Positions 1 to 15,301 of a DNA stretch of 64,000 nucleotides are shown in pieces (position 1 is the first letter of the stretch; every line of letters begins with the position of its first letter). Source of the stretch: Octopus vulgaris (taxonomy: Eukaryota); assembly GCA_951406725.2 (NCBI GenBank), contig OX597821.1, forward strand, positions 25,296,001-25,360,000. Reading direction: 5' to 3'. The notes beneath the pieces were generated by a model. That model searched no databases. It was given only the letters and a program-made list of their open reading frames with translations, and was not told where the DNA came from. A program made the translations under genes and the position numbers.

Positions 1-184
1 GTTTCAGTCATTTGACTGCGGCCATGCTGGAGCACTGTCTTTAAGTCAAACAAATCGACCCCGGGTTTTATTCTTTTGTAAGCCCAGTACTTATTCTATC
101 GGTCTCTTTAGCCGAACCGCTAAGTAACGGGGACATAAACACACCAGCATCGGTTGTCAAACACACAAACACACACACGCGCGC

Positions 185-228
<44 letters not shown>

Positions 229-373
229 GACGGGCTTCTTTCAGTTTCCGTCTACCAAATCCACTCACAAGGCTCACAAGTAGAAGACACTTGGCCAAAG
301 TGCCACGCAGTGGGACTGAACCCGGAACTATGTGGTTGGTAAACAAGCTACTTACCACACAGCCACTCCTACT
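1..373 (-). mobile_element. tRNA-derived SINE, family 1 (CORE-like CCTTGGGCAAGTG box, internal (TA)n(TG)n tract)
   Basis: Reverse complement matches the full-length copy at 53305-53741 (A/B-box-like head GTGGCTGTGTGGTAAG...GGTTCAGTCCC); tail runs off the window start. Confidence 0.85.
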
Positions 374-549
374 CCTACGTTTGTTAATTTCTTTTTGTTA
401 ATATCTTTTTGCCACTGTGTGTCTTTCTGTCTATCTGTCTGTCAGTCCGTCTGTCTGTCTGTCCGTCTGTCTGTCAGTCCGTCTGTCTGTCTGTCCGTCT
501 GTCTGTCTGTCTGTCGGTCCGTCTGTCTGTCTCTCTCTCTCACCCTCCC

Positions 550-582
<33 letters not shown>

Positions 583-811
583 TACCATGTATAAGTTTCT
601 TAAGTTTTTTTTTTGTTTTTGCTATATTTCAAGAAGTGATTAAATTCCTTGAGGGATAACATTATACATACACTTATACACACCTATACACAAACACATA
701 CACATATGTGTCTATGTGCGCATATGTATGTATCTGTGGAGTGTGTGCGTGCGTGTGTTTGCATGTATATAAATATATGAGTGTATATATGTATATATGT
801 ATATGTATATA

Positions 812-856
<45 letters not shown>

Positions 857-916
857 TTGTGTGTGTGTCTGTGTATTTATATATACATACATACATACGC
901 ACAGACGCAAATACAG

Positions 917-1007
<91 letters not shown>

Positions 1008-1138
1008 TTATTGGTGGTGGGGGGGAATAAATTACCGCAAAGTATTTTGGAGAGGAGCTCGTTAAAGTATATATCAATTTATGTCTACAGGAACGCTAGT
1101 ATATATGGCAAAATGATGTCATATATATTCTCAATTAA

Positions 1139-1205
<67 letters not shown>

Positions 1206-1639
1206 TGTGTGTGATACATGCACACACACACACATACACATACACGCACACATAAGTACGTATGTATATATGTAGACAAATACAGGTCTATCGAATACCA
1301 TACACCACAAATTCTTGATCTATTGAAATTATTTCTGCTTGTAACTGATGCGTCATATTTAACAAGTAGCAATAAAGACCAGCTCGATATTATAAGGAGA
1401 GATAATCTAAAGAATCAAGATATCTCCAAAGTTGAGAAGCCACAAGGAAAGTCACTGCTGTGTACGTCAAAAAAGAACAACTTTCTTTTACGATTGATAT
1501 GTATTCAGCACCTTGGCACAACGGAGTGTGAGACACCAGTGTGAGACACCAGTGTGAGACATATTGTGTCTCGTCAGCCAGAAGCAACCTAAATAAGCCA
1601 TTGGCTTATACATACATACATACATACATACATACATAC

Positions 1640-1695
<56 letters not shown>

Positions 1696-1699
1696 CTTT

Positions 1700-2515
<816 letters not shown>

Positions 2516-2812
2516 ACGAACACCAATAATAACACCACCAGCAATGTCACCATAACCTCAACTATCACCAACACTACGCGGAACAAGTAAATGGCAGTGG
2601 TATGATAGCTTTGATGGTTGATTTCGGTTTGATAATTAACTTACACATATTCAATGGAGCGTGAGTTGATGTCTTGGCTATTAGAAACTAGTCCTCCTGT
2701 CAAGCCTACCAATGTCTTGTTCAAACCAACCGACCGACAGAGCCACCAACCAACCAGCCAGCCAACCAAGCAGTCTTCTCTGTACGTACACACATGCATA
2801 CGTACATGCATG

Positions 2813-2848
<36 letters not shown>

Positions 2849-2851
<3 letters not shown>

Positions 2852-3103
2852 TTGCGGCCAAAATGTTCAGAACGGCATTATTTTCGTCAGAAAAGTAGGT
2901 ATAAGTTTTTATCAAAGTTGTTTTATTTTCTATAATTTACACCATATATATTTTCTATAAATTACACCAAAATCTCAGACAATAATAATTAATATTGTAT
3001 TTATTGTCTGTGAAAATTATAGAATATAAAACAACTTTGATAAAAACTTATACCTACTTTTCTGACGAAAACAATGCCGTTCTAAACATTTTAGCCGCAA
3101 CTG
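2849..3103. mobile_element. Tc1/mariner-type MITE, near-palindromic
   Basis: About 95-bp terminal inverted repeats (TIRs) CAGTTGCGGCCAAAATGTTCAGAACGGC... / ...GCCGTTCTAAACATTTTAGCCGCAACTG, TA on both sides. Confidence 0.9.
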
Positions 3104-3969
3104 TATGTAAGTCTATACAGTTTTCGCTTATCCAATTTTATTCACAAGAGAGAGGGCGATCCGTGTCTTTAGAAAATAATAATGCCACGTAATTGTATTC
3201 TACCCGTGACCACATTATTGAGAAGTGAACGTTTTTAACGATTCGTAACCCTACTGCACCTGATATAATGTAACTGCTATAAAAAACGCCTAGATTTTAC
3301 ACATGTGCACTTGTTTTTCTTTGAAAATGGGAGGTTCTTACTTTCCCTTTTCAAGCGTGGGAAAATATTTTACTTTATTCCCATATAGATGTTTCTGTGT
3401 CAAAAAAAAAAAAAAAAAAAAAAGAAGAATAGAGAACAATCGAGAAGCATTTAGCTCATGAAATTGGGAGGGGTATTTTATAAAACACTCCTCCTGATTA
3501 ATCATTATCAAACACTGAAGAAAGAATAGTAAAAAAAAAAAGAAGATGAAAGACTGACGTATAGAGTCACGTTAGTTAATTGTCATGAGTGATAATTAAT
3601 GATCGCTTTCTTGCATTTTCAGCATTTATGGAATTTATCCGTGTTTTTTTTATTTGTCAAACACATGTACTTTTATCTATATAGGCCAGACACACCCGAC
3701 GTCTGCTCGTGGATCAGTTGGTACCGGAACCGCGCAGAAAGAATAAATTTTAAAATATTTATCTTTGTTTTAATGACTATCGCATTCTACAGAGTTTTTG
3801 TTTTAGACAGGTATTATATATATATATATATATATATACGGACTATGAGCCAATAGTGTATATTTCAGTAAGTTTATAGTGTCATTTTTACCTATTTTTT
3901 TCACTTGTGCCATTTTTATGTGTGCCATTTTCACCGTGCCATTTATACATGTGCTATTTTTACGTAAAT

Positions 3970-4054
<85 letters not shown>

Positions 4055-4932
4055 TATATATGTTTTCTTTATATAATTTGCTTAACCGCTAATTCCAGAG
4101 GTACACACACACTCATGTGGATGTGTGGCGGAGAGGTGACCACATAGCTTCTATTTACCAAATTCACCCATAAAATATTAAAGCAGAAGCCGCGCAATGA
4201 GACTGAACTCCGAAAGCACGTAATTGCGAAAGGACCTTCTTATCCATACAGACACACTGTGTCTGTATATATATACATATATATATATATACTATAATGG
4301 AGAAAGCCGCTTATTAATTAGGTATGTAACAATTACTAAAAGTACTAAAAGAAAGCATTTATTAAAGAGTTGACCGCCTGGAAATATTTTTATAAATTCA
4401 TGTTTTAAGAAATTTCCTATTATTTCGATTTCTCATGTTTATTGAAATTTTTAACCGCAATTTCTCGCAAATTTAAATATTCATTGCATTCGCTGAGGAG
4501 TATTCCATTCTCATTTGCAAAATCTCTCACTTTCTCTTTCAATGTTTTCATTTCAAGTTTTAATTCGCTATTTAGAAAACCGACAGTTTGTTCTGTTAAT
4601 GTATACGTAATGTAAAAACATTATTTATTGAGTAAAAATTTTTTTAAATACCCGTATAATTTTCGTAAAAATAGATTTAAAAGTGATTTTGTTGTTACGG
4701 CTGTTTGGAATGCTATAAGCCTTACAATAGTATTAATAACTATCCGGACCGATTTTGACCATTTTCTTTTTTAACTAAAAACCAAGGCGGGAGCCTTTTC
4801 GGTAAAAAAAACAAAAACAAATTGTAAATATTTTTCAGAGGAACAAGTGAACAATTGAAGGGAAGTTTTGCTGTTGTTTCTAGCACAACTCCCACCTTGT
4901 ATTGATGTTTTTCAATACTTTTCTCCCATTTT

Positions 4933-5146
4933 GGCGGCGAGCTGACAGAAACGTTAGCACGCCAGGCGAAATGCTTAGCAATATTTCGTCTGTCTTTACG
5001 TTCTAAGTTCAAATTCCGCCGAGGTTGATTTTGCCTTTCATCCTTTCGGGGTCGATAAATTAAGTACCAGTTTGGTACTGGAGTCGATCTAATCGACTAG
5101 CTCCCCTCCCCAAAAGTTTCAGGCCTTGTGCCTAGAGTAGAAAAGA
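4933..5146 (+). mobile_element. SINE family 2 (GGCGGCGAGCTGGCAGAA head, Meta-domain-like GCCTTTCATCCTTTCGGGGTCGATAAA), older tail
   Basis: Multi-copy in the window; flanked by a 17-bp TSD AATACTTTTCTCCCATT. Confidence 0.9.
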
Positions 5147-5568
5147 ATACTTTTCTCCCATTAGACACATTTTATGGAATGATGATGCCGAAGTAACACA
5201 TGCGTGGTCCATTGGTTAATCTCCAGTATGCCAGAAGCCAAAAAGATTAAGAATCAAAAATGCTTGGTATGAAAAAACACACGTTCATTTTCATACCAAC
5301 ATCCCTCTAACGGGTTTACACGCCACGTTCACCATCCTGTTTTTTGTTTTTTGTTTTTAATCAGTATTTCTGCCACCAATATCGCAATAATTCGATACAC
5401 TACGATAATTGAACGCAATATTCTTTATACTATTATATGAACACCTTTCTTTTATATATTTGATAAGCTTTATATGGTAAGTCCCTTACAGAGATAAAAG
5501 TACATGTTTAAGCATTGGAAACAAGGATGAATTCTGTAAATGTAGGAAATACAAGAAAGCAAATACTC

Positions 5569-5961
5569 TTTTATTCTTTACTCTTTTACTTGTTTCAGTC
5601 ATTTGACTGCGGCCATGCTGGAGCACCGCCTTTAGTCGAGCAGATCAACCCCGGGACTTATTCTTTGTAAGCCCAGTACTTATTCTATCGGTCTCTTTTT
5701 GCCGAACCGCTAAGTTACGGGGACGTAAACACACCAGCATCGGTTGTCAAGCAATGCTAGAGGGACAAACACAGACACACAAACACATACATATATATAC
5801 ATATATACGACAGGCTTCTTTCAGTTTCCGTCTACCAAATCCACTCACAAGGCATTGGTCGGCCCGGGCTATAGCAGAAGACACTTGCCCAAGATGCCAC
5901 GCAGTGGGACTGAACCCGGAACCATGTGGTTGGTTAGCAAGCTACTTACCACACAGCCACT
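5569..5961 (-). mobile_element. Family 1 SINE, near full length
   Basis: High identity to the reverse complement of 53305-53741. Confidence 0.9.
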
Positions 5962-6384
5962 CATTGATAATCACTAACAATAATTAATAAAAAAAATTAA
6001 TATATCAATCTTTTACTTTCTTTTCTTTTTCTTTTTCTGAATAATTAACTAATAATTAACAGGGTGGAGTGTTTCATAAAATACCTCTCCCAATTTCATA
6101 AACTAATTGTCTCTCTATTGTTCTTTCTTTTGACACAGAAACATATATATGAGAATACGGGCCAAAAATCTGTTTGAAAGCTATACACCCATTTTCGGAG
6201 AGAAACACGTATACATGTGTGATTTCTAGGCTTTTAAGCATTGTACATTACATAATCCAAGACACACACACACACTCACAACTGTCTAAAAATCCATGTG
6301 CTACAAAAAAAACATAACGAAAAAAGGAGCACGCTTATATTGGATCATAGAGTGAGAATATTAGTATTATTAACAATAATATAT

Positions 6385-6785
6385 AAGGCGACGAGCTGGC
6401 AGAATTGTTAGCACGTTGAACGAAACGCTTAGAGGTATTTCGCTAGTAGCTACTTTCTGAGTTCAAATTCCGCCGAGGTCGACTTTACCTCTTATCGTTT
6501 CGGGGGTCGATAAATTAAGTACCAGTGAAACAGTGGGATCGATACAATCGACTGGTACTCTCCTACAAAGTTTCAGGCCATGTGCCTTTAGCAAAAAAGA
6601 TTATTATTATTATTAAAAGGCGGCGAGCGACATTTCGTTCTGAGTTCAAATTCCGCCATGGTCGACTTTGCTTTCAATCTTTTCGGGATCGATAGAAAAA
6701 GTACCATTTGAACACTAGGGTCGATATAATTGACTTACCCGCTCACCCGAACTTGCTGGCCCTGTGCCAAAATATGAAACCATTA
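6385..6785 (+). mobile_element. Two adjacent diverged family 2 SINE copies
   Basis: GGCGACGAGCTGGCAGAA...GAGTTCAAATTCCGCC motifs at about 6385 and 6618. Confidence 0.8.
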
Positions 6786-7528
6786 TTAAGGATAATATGA
6801 TACTATGTTATAATCTCGTGATAGCCAAATTACCAGACGGTTTAATCATGAGATGGAGAGCCAAATCTAGTAACCATTAGAAATAGTCGAAAGATCTTTT
6901 CAGATGTTTCTGATGGTTGCTGGATTACGTGTGTGTGTGTGTGTGTGTGTACGCATACACATATGTATATACAGGTATAACGCACAAAATGACCGCCATA
7001 AATAAAACAGACTCGCGCGGTCCCTCAGAAACACTCGACATACATATACATTCGTACACGCCAACTTGTACACCGAGTTATCTACCATCTTTTGCACGCT
7101 CTCTTGTCTTTGCACACCCTATTTAAGCACCTCATCAGCTTCCAGTCAGTGAATGACCACCATGTAAATAAACTTTACATGAGTATTTTCGCTTTGGTTG
7201 CTGATTTTATTATTATTCATTTTTTCTTTCTTCGTCATACCTCTTACATTTTGCATTCTATACACTATTACTGGGAAGGAGACGTTATTTAGAATGTAAT
7301 AATTGACTCTTTCCGTGTCTATGAACATCAAACAAATAATTTTGATGGTGAACTTAGCCAGTCGTGGTGGTGGTGGGAGTGTTGTATGCGCTTAAGTTTC
7401 ACTTATATCATTGCAGGTACGGTCGGAGTTTAGGGACTACGTTTGGTCTGCGCCTTATTAAATGAAACTATTATATTATATCCTTTGGTATTTTCTTACC
7501 TATTACATTTATACACATGTATATATAC

Positions 7529-7597
<69 letters not shown>

Positions 7598-7616
7598 CAT
7601 ACATACATACATACAC

Positions 7617-7663
<47 letters not shown>

Positions 7664-7671
7664 CACACACA

Positions 7672-7753
<82 letters not shown>

Positions 7754-7757
<4 letters not shown>

Positions 7758-7960
7758 TAATCCAAACAAGAAACCACAAAAAAACACAACAACGCGAGGA
7801 CGTGGAACAAGTATAGTATTATCGGACGCTCAGGAAAGAAGGAAGGAAGGAGGGTTTTACGTTTCGAGCGGAGCTCTTCGTCGGAAACATAGGAGAAGGA
7901 AAGATCCAGAGAAGGGAAGACAGAGGAAAAAAGTCGCCAACGGTACACACGAGGTCACAT
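7754..7960 (-). mobile_element. Penelope-terminal-repeat-like short element, family P1, with hammerhead motif
   Basis: AACAACGCGAGGACGTGGAACAAG family (5 copies in window), abuts (TA)n. Confidence 0.75.
7854..7888 (-). ncRNA. Minimal type-I hammerhead ribozyme motif (core CCGACGA, U4C)
   Basis: GUUU-CCGACGA-A-GAGC-UCC-GCUC-GAAAC-GUA-AAAC; stem I GUUU/AAAC. Confidence 0.65.
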
Positions 7961-8556
7961 TATGCACACACACACACGTATATATATATATTATATACTT
8001 ACATGCACACACTCATACATACATACATGTGCAAAGATATTAGTATCTGTGTATGTGTATGTGTGTGTGTATACACACTTACAGACACATATAAATATAC
8101 ATATGCGTGCAGCTATATATATGTGCATACCTAAACGCTGTGAATAAATTATATTTGTATCGATGTAAAATTCAACATAGAAATAAACTAAACAAATTCT
8201 GTTTCAAATTATCAAAATATAGTAGTTTATGAAGTTTTCGTTGGTGCATTTCAGAACACTGTAGGGTTTATTTATGTTAAATGACGAAGCGATTAATAAT
8301 AATCGTTAATTAGGATATTAAATTAGTGTTGTTTTGTTGAAGTTTAACTTGAAAGACGAATACTGCTTTACGTATTAAACAAAGAGAAATTGCTAGAATA
8401 AACAGTACACACATGAGAAATAATAGAAATATGAGTGCAAGAGTTCTCATTAATTAAATTATGTTAATTACTTTATTATAGAGAATAGTCAGAACGAATA
8501 CTTTCCTATGTGAACTACCAGTTGCTATTTTATATACATGTGTGTGTGTCCATATA

Positions 8557-8609
<53 letters not shown>

Positions 8610-8732
8610 TCAGTGAAAACTTGTTTGTATACACACACACATATGTATATACAAATATATATACATACATATATGTATGTATGTGTATATATGTATATAA
8701 ATAAATGTATATAAATAAATGTAGATAAATAA

Positions 8733-8830
<98 letters not shown>

Positions 8831-9388
8831 TTTCTCAGTCCAATTACTCAGCTATTTGCTTTTTTTCTGAGTTATCAAACGCTGATAAACATGAGTGCAA
8901 GCGCGTCTGTGTCTACACACACACACACACATGTATGTATGTATGTATGTATGTATGTATGTATGTATGTATGTATGTATGTAGACACGGACACACATAC
9001 GCTATAATATTTATCAGCATTTGATGACTCGGAAAAAAACAGAAACACAGAGAATTCATTATATCAGTACATTGAAAACGTCTGTATAACACAGGCTAAA
9101 AAGTTAGTTATTCATCCATTACGACACAGTTTCACTTGTACAGATATTTCAAATGGTAATACTTCGGATTATTTTTATCTATGTATTGCCATTTTCAAAA
9201 AATAAAATGGTTAAGTGCTCGCATAGATATTTCAGTGTGCTCTCATTTGAGAAAGTCTTACCAGTAAATATGTTTAATAATGAATAAGTAATTAAAATAT
9301 TATACTGCAACACAAACACAAATGTACGTATACGCACTTAGAAATACGTAATTGTGTACGCGTGCACTATATGTATATATATATATAT

Positions 9389-9927
9389 TGAGGTTATAAG
9401 AGGTAATGGTGTAATTGAGACCCAAAGGTGTCAGGTAATGCTGAATAAGTGCTATAGACAGGCTGTAGTTAAGTTCCAGGTTCGGTGATTTTGCGAATAA
9501 AGGGTTCAACGTTGGTTCTATGTCAGCGTGTGTATATAAGAATTTTTTGCGTAATGAGATAAAAAACGAAGGCTGTGTAGATATTAGAACATTTATAGAT
9601 AGAAGGTCTTACAGCTGTTTCCAGGATATTTATTAATTATATCCCTTCATCGGAGATGGTGTGAGAGGATGGTTAAGTAATAGTTAATTTAGATAGGATA
9701 CAAAATAGAGAGTAAGGTGGAGGAAAGAAAATAGATGTGAGATATGTAGGGATATTGAATTTGTAGATCCAGTTTTTAGGCAGAATGGTATATATGTAAG
9801 ATTCCAATACCTTATGAGAAAAATCCAACAGAATTTAAAATTGTTCATTCCAAGTATAAAGTTTATGCACGATGATTCCACTACCTTATGAGTAAGATCC
9901 AACGGCATTTATAAATACCGTTGGGTC
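9389..9927 (-). mobile_element. Penelope-like element 3' end (endonuclease C-terminal remnant plus terminal repeat)
   Basis: Minus-strand ...[18 protein letters not shown] resembles PLE GIY-YIG C-termini; followed by an HHR motif; flanked by (TA)n on both sides. Confidence 0.6.
9605..9658 (-). ncRNA. Type-I hammerhead motif, degenerate
   Basis: UCU-CCGAUGA-A-GGGAUAU...AUAUCCU-G-GAAAC-AGCU-GUA-AGA; palindromic stem III ACAGCUGU. Confidence 0.65.
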
Positions 9928-9947
9928 TTATATATATATATACATAC

Positions 9948-9999
<52 letters not shown>

Positions 10000-10020
10000 G
10001 TATATATGTATGTATGTATG

Positions 10021-10053
<33 letters not shown>

Positions 10054-10671
10054 ATATATATATATGTATATATATATATGTACATATATATATAAACACA
10101 TATTTACACACACATATCTATCTATACATATAAAAACATATTTACATATATGCATATATACATGCATGCATATATACATATATACATACACACACATACA
10201 CATATATATGCATATACATATACATATATATACACATATATATATACATACACACACATGCGTACGTACGTACATACTTACGTACATACATGCATACATA
10301 CATACATACATACATACATACATACATACATACATACATACATACATACATACATACGTACGTACGTACGTACATACATACATACATACGTACGTACGTA
10401 CATACATACATACATACGTACGTACGTACATATGGGCCAACTGAGGATATCTATTCCTCCTGGTCAAAGCTACGCTCACCAAAAGTAGCTGAAGAACCAT
10501 CATCTTATAGAACTAAACAATATTACAGATATTGATGGCTATAAATATAAAGTATATGTGTGGGTGTATGTATATGCATGAGCGTGCATATATATGCATG
10601 TAAACGTAAGTATGTGTGTGTGTTTGTGTGTGCATGTGTTTATCACGACATGTATGTTTATATGATGCACT

Positions 10672-10950
10672 CTACTCTTTTACTCTTTTACTCATTTACT
10701 TGTTTCAGTCATTTGACTGCGGCCATGTTGGAGCACCGCCTTTAGTCGAGCAAATCGAAACCAGGACTTATTCTTTGTAAGCCTCGTACGTATTCAATCG
10801 GTCATTTTTGCCGAACTGCTAAGTTACGGGGACGTAAACACACCAGCATCGGTTGTCAAGCGATGTTGGGTGTACAAACACAGACACACAAACATATACA
10901 CATATATACATATATACGACGGGTTTCTTTCAGTTTCCGTCAACCAAATG
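10672..10950 (-). mobile_element. Family 1 SINE, 3' portion
   Basis: Matches the tail of the 53305 copy. Confidence 0.85.
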
Positions 10951-11259
10951 GTAAAACGTTTGATATCTATTTTTAGGATACAAGGGAACCACATAGTGGT
11001 TTATATGATGAATATAAATTTTTATTAAAACGAAACACGCGGGTGAAGTGAATCTCGTGGTGTGAAGAATCATCACAACGTGCGTGTGAAGTGAAACGCA
11101 ACACAACGTGCAGTTGTCATGGTAACAAGCTGTTAATGCCTCGCTGTCTGTTGATTGGCTAAAATAACCCAAATTTCCCAACTTTAATTCCAATACACCA
11201 AAATTGAAAACAATCTGAGCAAAATTAAAGGGGGCTGATTTTGTGAATGAAACAAACTA

Positions 11260-12078
11260 GATCCGGTCATTCAACCATTCATCGATAGCTGCGTGCCATT
11301 AGGAAAGTCAGCAAATTGGGTCAATCGGTTCCTCACAAATTTTCCTAGTCTAATCGCGAGCAGAGAGTGAATGTGTGCTCCTCTTCACGTCTCACGAATG
11401 AACCTTTTTTTTCGACCGAATAGTGACTGGTGACAACAAATGGATTCCCTATAAAAATCTCAGGTCCGAAGTCAGTGGGTAGGAAAAGGAGAAACACCGG
11501 CACCCCAGGCTACAGAAAGTCTTCACCAACGTAAGGTGTTGTTTTCTGTTTGGAGGGATATGAAAGGTTTAGTCCACTTCGAACTTTTAAACCCAAACCA
11601 AAGGATAACCAAGGAGATCTACTGCGAGTAGCTTGGCGGCTTAAGTCAGCGCTAGAAGAAAAACGGCCATCTTTGGTTTCAAGACGAAAGCTGTTCTTCC
11701 ATCAGGATAATTACTCAGCTACATCAGCGAGAATGACATTCCAAAGGCGGGAGTAGTTTGAATGGAAAACGATGTCTCGCCCGCCATATTCGCTGGACAT
11801 TGCCCCTTCTGATTATCATTTATTCCGCAGTCTTCAAAATCATTTAGATGGAAAAAATATGAATTCTGTAGACGAAATCAGAACAGTACTGGAGGAGTAT
11901 TTTTCGTCACGGAAAAGTGAATTTTGGAAGAGAGGCGTTGAAAATCTACCGGATAGATGGAAGAACATTGTAGAAAATGAAGGAGAGTATATTTTAGATT
12001 AAAAAAGAAATTTGTTTATCTTAATTTTGAAAAATTAAAGAAGTATAAAAAATCCACATTATTTATGAGATGACACAG
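11260..12078 (+). pseudogene. Mariner (DD34D) transposase remnant with 3' end
   Basis: Degenerate VPHK (WVPHEL), IVTGDNKW, FHQDN...YSLDIAPSDYHLF with 34 residues between D2 and D3; stops and frameshifts; ends before TA. Confidence 0.92.
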
Positions 12079-12259
12079 TATGTATATATAAACGCGTGTG
12101 TTTGTGTGTGTATGTATGTATGTATGTATGTATGTATGTATGTATGTATGTATGCATGCATGCATGCATGCATGTATGTATGTATGTATGTATGTATGTA
12201 TATGTGTGTGTGTATGTATGTATGTATGTATGTGTATGTATGTATTTATGTATGTATGC

Positions 12260-12292
<33 letters not shown>

Positions 12293-13433
12293 TAACTTTA
12301 AAATGTTGTAACCATTCTTATGAGGAAACATTATATCGTGTCTTTCTGAAAATCTGATTCTAACACAAACAATAACTATTTCGAGTGACTATTCCTTCTA
12401 TAAACATTGACACAGTACTAGAATATTGGTGCTACTTAAATGTGAAGTATATGATTATGATACAAAGACATGAAATTTTTACTATGTCGTTTGCTTCTGT
12501 CTATTTGTGTTCGTGACCAGACGATCGATTCTGTTTTACATTGTTGGACTATGTGTTCACATGTCGGTCCTATATATTCATGCGTCTAGATTAGAGTACT
12601 TATTTCAATAAATGACGAGAGATACTATCTCTTCTTGATTTATCTTACAATTAATCATAGAAAAATTGTTTAATATATCGCTAGTATTTTATCTTCTAAA
12701 TACAAACACATTAGCTTCAAAGTACGTGCGTTTGGAAACAAGTAGCAGATAAACTTGTTTCATCTGGTGTTATATTTCCTTTATTTTATGATAGTTTACT
12801 ATATAATATACTAGGATGAACATTAAAATATACTGCCACTAAAACCGTTTGTGTGTGTTTGATCATTCGAATTTATAGAAACCGTATCAACACAAACGTT
12901 AACTGATCATTTCATTGAAATAGTTTCTGTATTCTGAAAATCAAATAAGTAGATTTTCTCGTTTATGGCGCCAAATAGTTCGGAATGATTCTTTCAATAT
13001 ATTTCTAAAAAGGATAAAAAATAATTGGAAGGACAAAATAAACAAAAAAGAAATCAGATAATGTTAGTCTTCATATTGTATTACAGAAGGTTATTTGTGT
13101 GTATAAAGTGAAATTGATCAGCTGTCATCAGTAAGATAATACTAGTGAACAGTAAAAGATTAAAATACAACGAATAAAATATCATCAATAGAAATAAATT
13201 GATGAAGATTTTGGTTGAAATGTGTGAGGTGACGGTGACTGCAAACAGAATTAAATACCATAACTCATGTTTCAAGTTAGCTCTTCAATTAGCAATGAGA
13301 AGTACATACTTTAGATAAGTAACGATGGCATTCTCAACTGTGACCGCTCTTAGAATTACATTCAGCTAAGTTGGATGATGTCGACAGTCCGCTGATCGAT
13401 TGTTCACAGGTTCATATCTCATCACACAGAATA

Positions 13434-13665
13434 AGGTGGCGAGCTGGCAGTAACGTTAGAACGCCGGGCGAAATGCTTAGCGGTATTTCGTCTGTCCTTA
13501 CGTTCTAAGTTCAAATTCCGCCGAGGTCGACTTTGCCTTTCATCCTTTCGGGGTCGATAAATTAAGTACCAGTTACGCATTGGGGTCGAAGTAATCGACT
13601 TAATCCCTTTGTCTTTCCTTGTATGTCCCCTCTATGTTTAGCCCTTTGTGGGCAATAAAGAAATA
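13434..13665 (+). mobile_element. Family 2 SINE, young tail variant
   Basis: Head plus Meta-like domain plus GTCCCCTCTATGTTTAGCCC...AATAAAGAAATA tail. Confidence 0.9.
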
Positions 13666-13799
13666 AGATGTGCGTTGTTTTTTTCTTTCTTGCTTTTTTT
13701 CTTTTTGGGGTGGGAGTCAAAAGTAATTAGCCCACAATGGCTTTGACCAGTGTTTCCCGTAGGGGAAGGCGAGGCTCCCACATCCCATCCAAGGAAAAA

Positions 13800-14637
13800 A
13801 GGTCTTGTAATCCGGGTAAAGTAACTAAGTTTCTGGATAGTTCAGCGTAGGTATTTTCTTTTTCGCTTTATCTTGACATCTGCTGGGCAGTTGATTTCCA
13901 CAACCATACATGGTTTCTCTTCCCTATCCCAAATCACTATGTCGAGTCTATTATGTTTACATTTTATTGAGGTTTCCATTGAGACATTCCACCAGTATTC
14001 ATTATGAGTGGCTATGGCCTCTACCATACTGTTGGTTCTTATCTCTTTGGCCTCAGGTTTATCATTCCGACGGATGTCATGATACTGTGTCCTGGTTACA
14101 ACAGCATATCTCATCGGAAGATAATCCCGTGATGACATTGTTGGACAACTACTTATGAGGTGGGTGACATCTTCGATGTTAACTTCATAAAGTCTGCTTC
14201 GGTTATCACATTTTGCTGTTTTCCTGCGTCTCTGTGCCTTTTGAGCATTCCTTATTTAGTTGATATTTCTTGTTCTTGGATTGCAAACGCATGCCCTTCA
14301 ATGTGAGAGTTAGTAATCCGGTTATTGGGCAATGACGGACTGCTTTATCAATGTTACTATCATCCCGGGGCTTGCTGCTAATATATCCATGCATGGTATT
14401 CTGATAATATACCATCATCCTTTCATTTGATGATACGTTATGGTAGAGTCGTGCGATGTCTTTGGGCATGTATTCAAGGTTATCAGACAAGGAATGTTGC
14501 TCAAGGAGCTGCTTTCCAAGTCTCATGATGTTATCAGCCTCGTGTGTCCAAACTTAGTCAAGGGATGCACTTCGATACTTGGTGGTTAAATGATGTTGGC
14601 GATGGGATATGATATGACATTCAATGGCAGTCAAGAT
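13800..14637 (-). pseudogene. Non-LTR retrotransposon fragment with restriction-like endonuclease (R4/Dong-like)
   Basis: MHGYI..., FAIQEQEISTK, degenerate CCHC knuckle (EDVTHLISSCPTM), WWN...HNRLDIVIWD...VVEINCP (PD-(D/E)xK); frameshifted. Confidence 0.85.
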
Positions 14638-14652
14638 GCATGCATGTATATA

Positions 14653-14880
14653 TATTTCTTTACTGCCCAGAAGGGGCTAAACATAGAGGGGACAAACAAG
14701 GACAGACGAAGGGATTGAGTCGATTATATCGCCCCAGTGCGAGACTGGTACTTTATTTATCGACCTCGAAAGGATGAAAGGCAAAGTTGACCTCGGCGGA
14801 ATTTGAACTCAGAACGTAACGACAGACGAAATACCGCTAAGCATTTCGCCCGGCGCGCTAACGTTTCTGCCAGCTCGCCG
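14653..14880 (-). mobile_element. Family 2 SINE, young tail variant
   Basis: Reverse complement of the 13434 copy. Confidence 0.9.
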
Positions 14881-14888
14881 CATGCATG

Positions 14889-14920
<32 letters not shown>

Positions 14921-14982
14921 TGTATGTATGTATGTATGCATGCATGCATGCATGCATGCATGCATGCATGTATGTATGTATG

Positions 14983-15016
<34 letters not shown>

Positions 15017-15249
15017 TGTATGTATCTATGTATGTATGCATGCATGTATGTATGTATGTATGTATGTATGTATGTATGTATGTATGTATGTATGTATGTA
15101 TGTATGTATGTATGTATGTATGCATGCATGTATGTATTTATGTATGCATGTATGTATGTATACATGCATGCATGTATGTGTGTATGAGTGAATGTGTGTA
15201 TGTATGTGTGAATGTGTGTATGTGTGTGTGAGAGTGTGTGTGTGTATGT

Positions 15250-15301
<52 letters not shown>

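Noticed and set aside
11113-11126. Perfect X-box-like GTTGTCATGGTAAC
   Set aside because: Lies between a truncated SINE and a mariner relic in probable repeat DNA, with no linked exon
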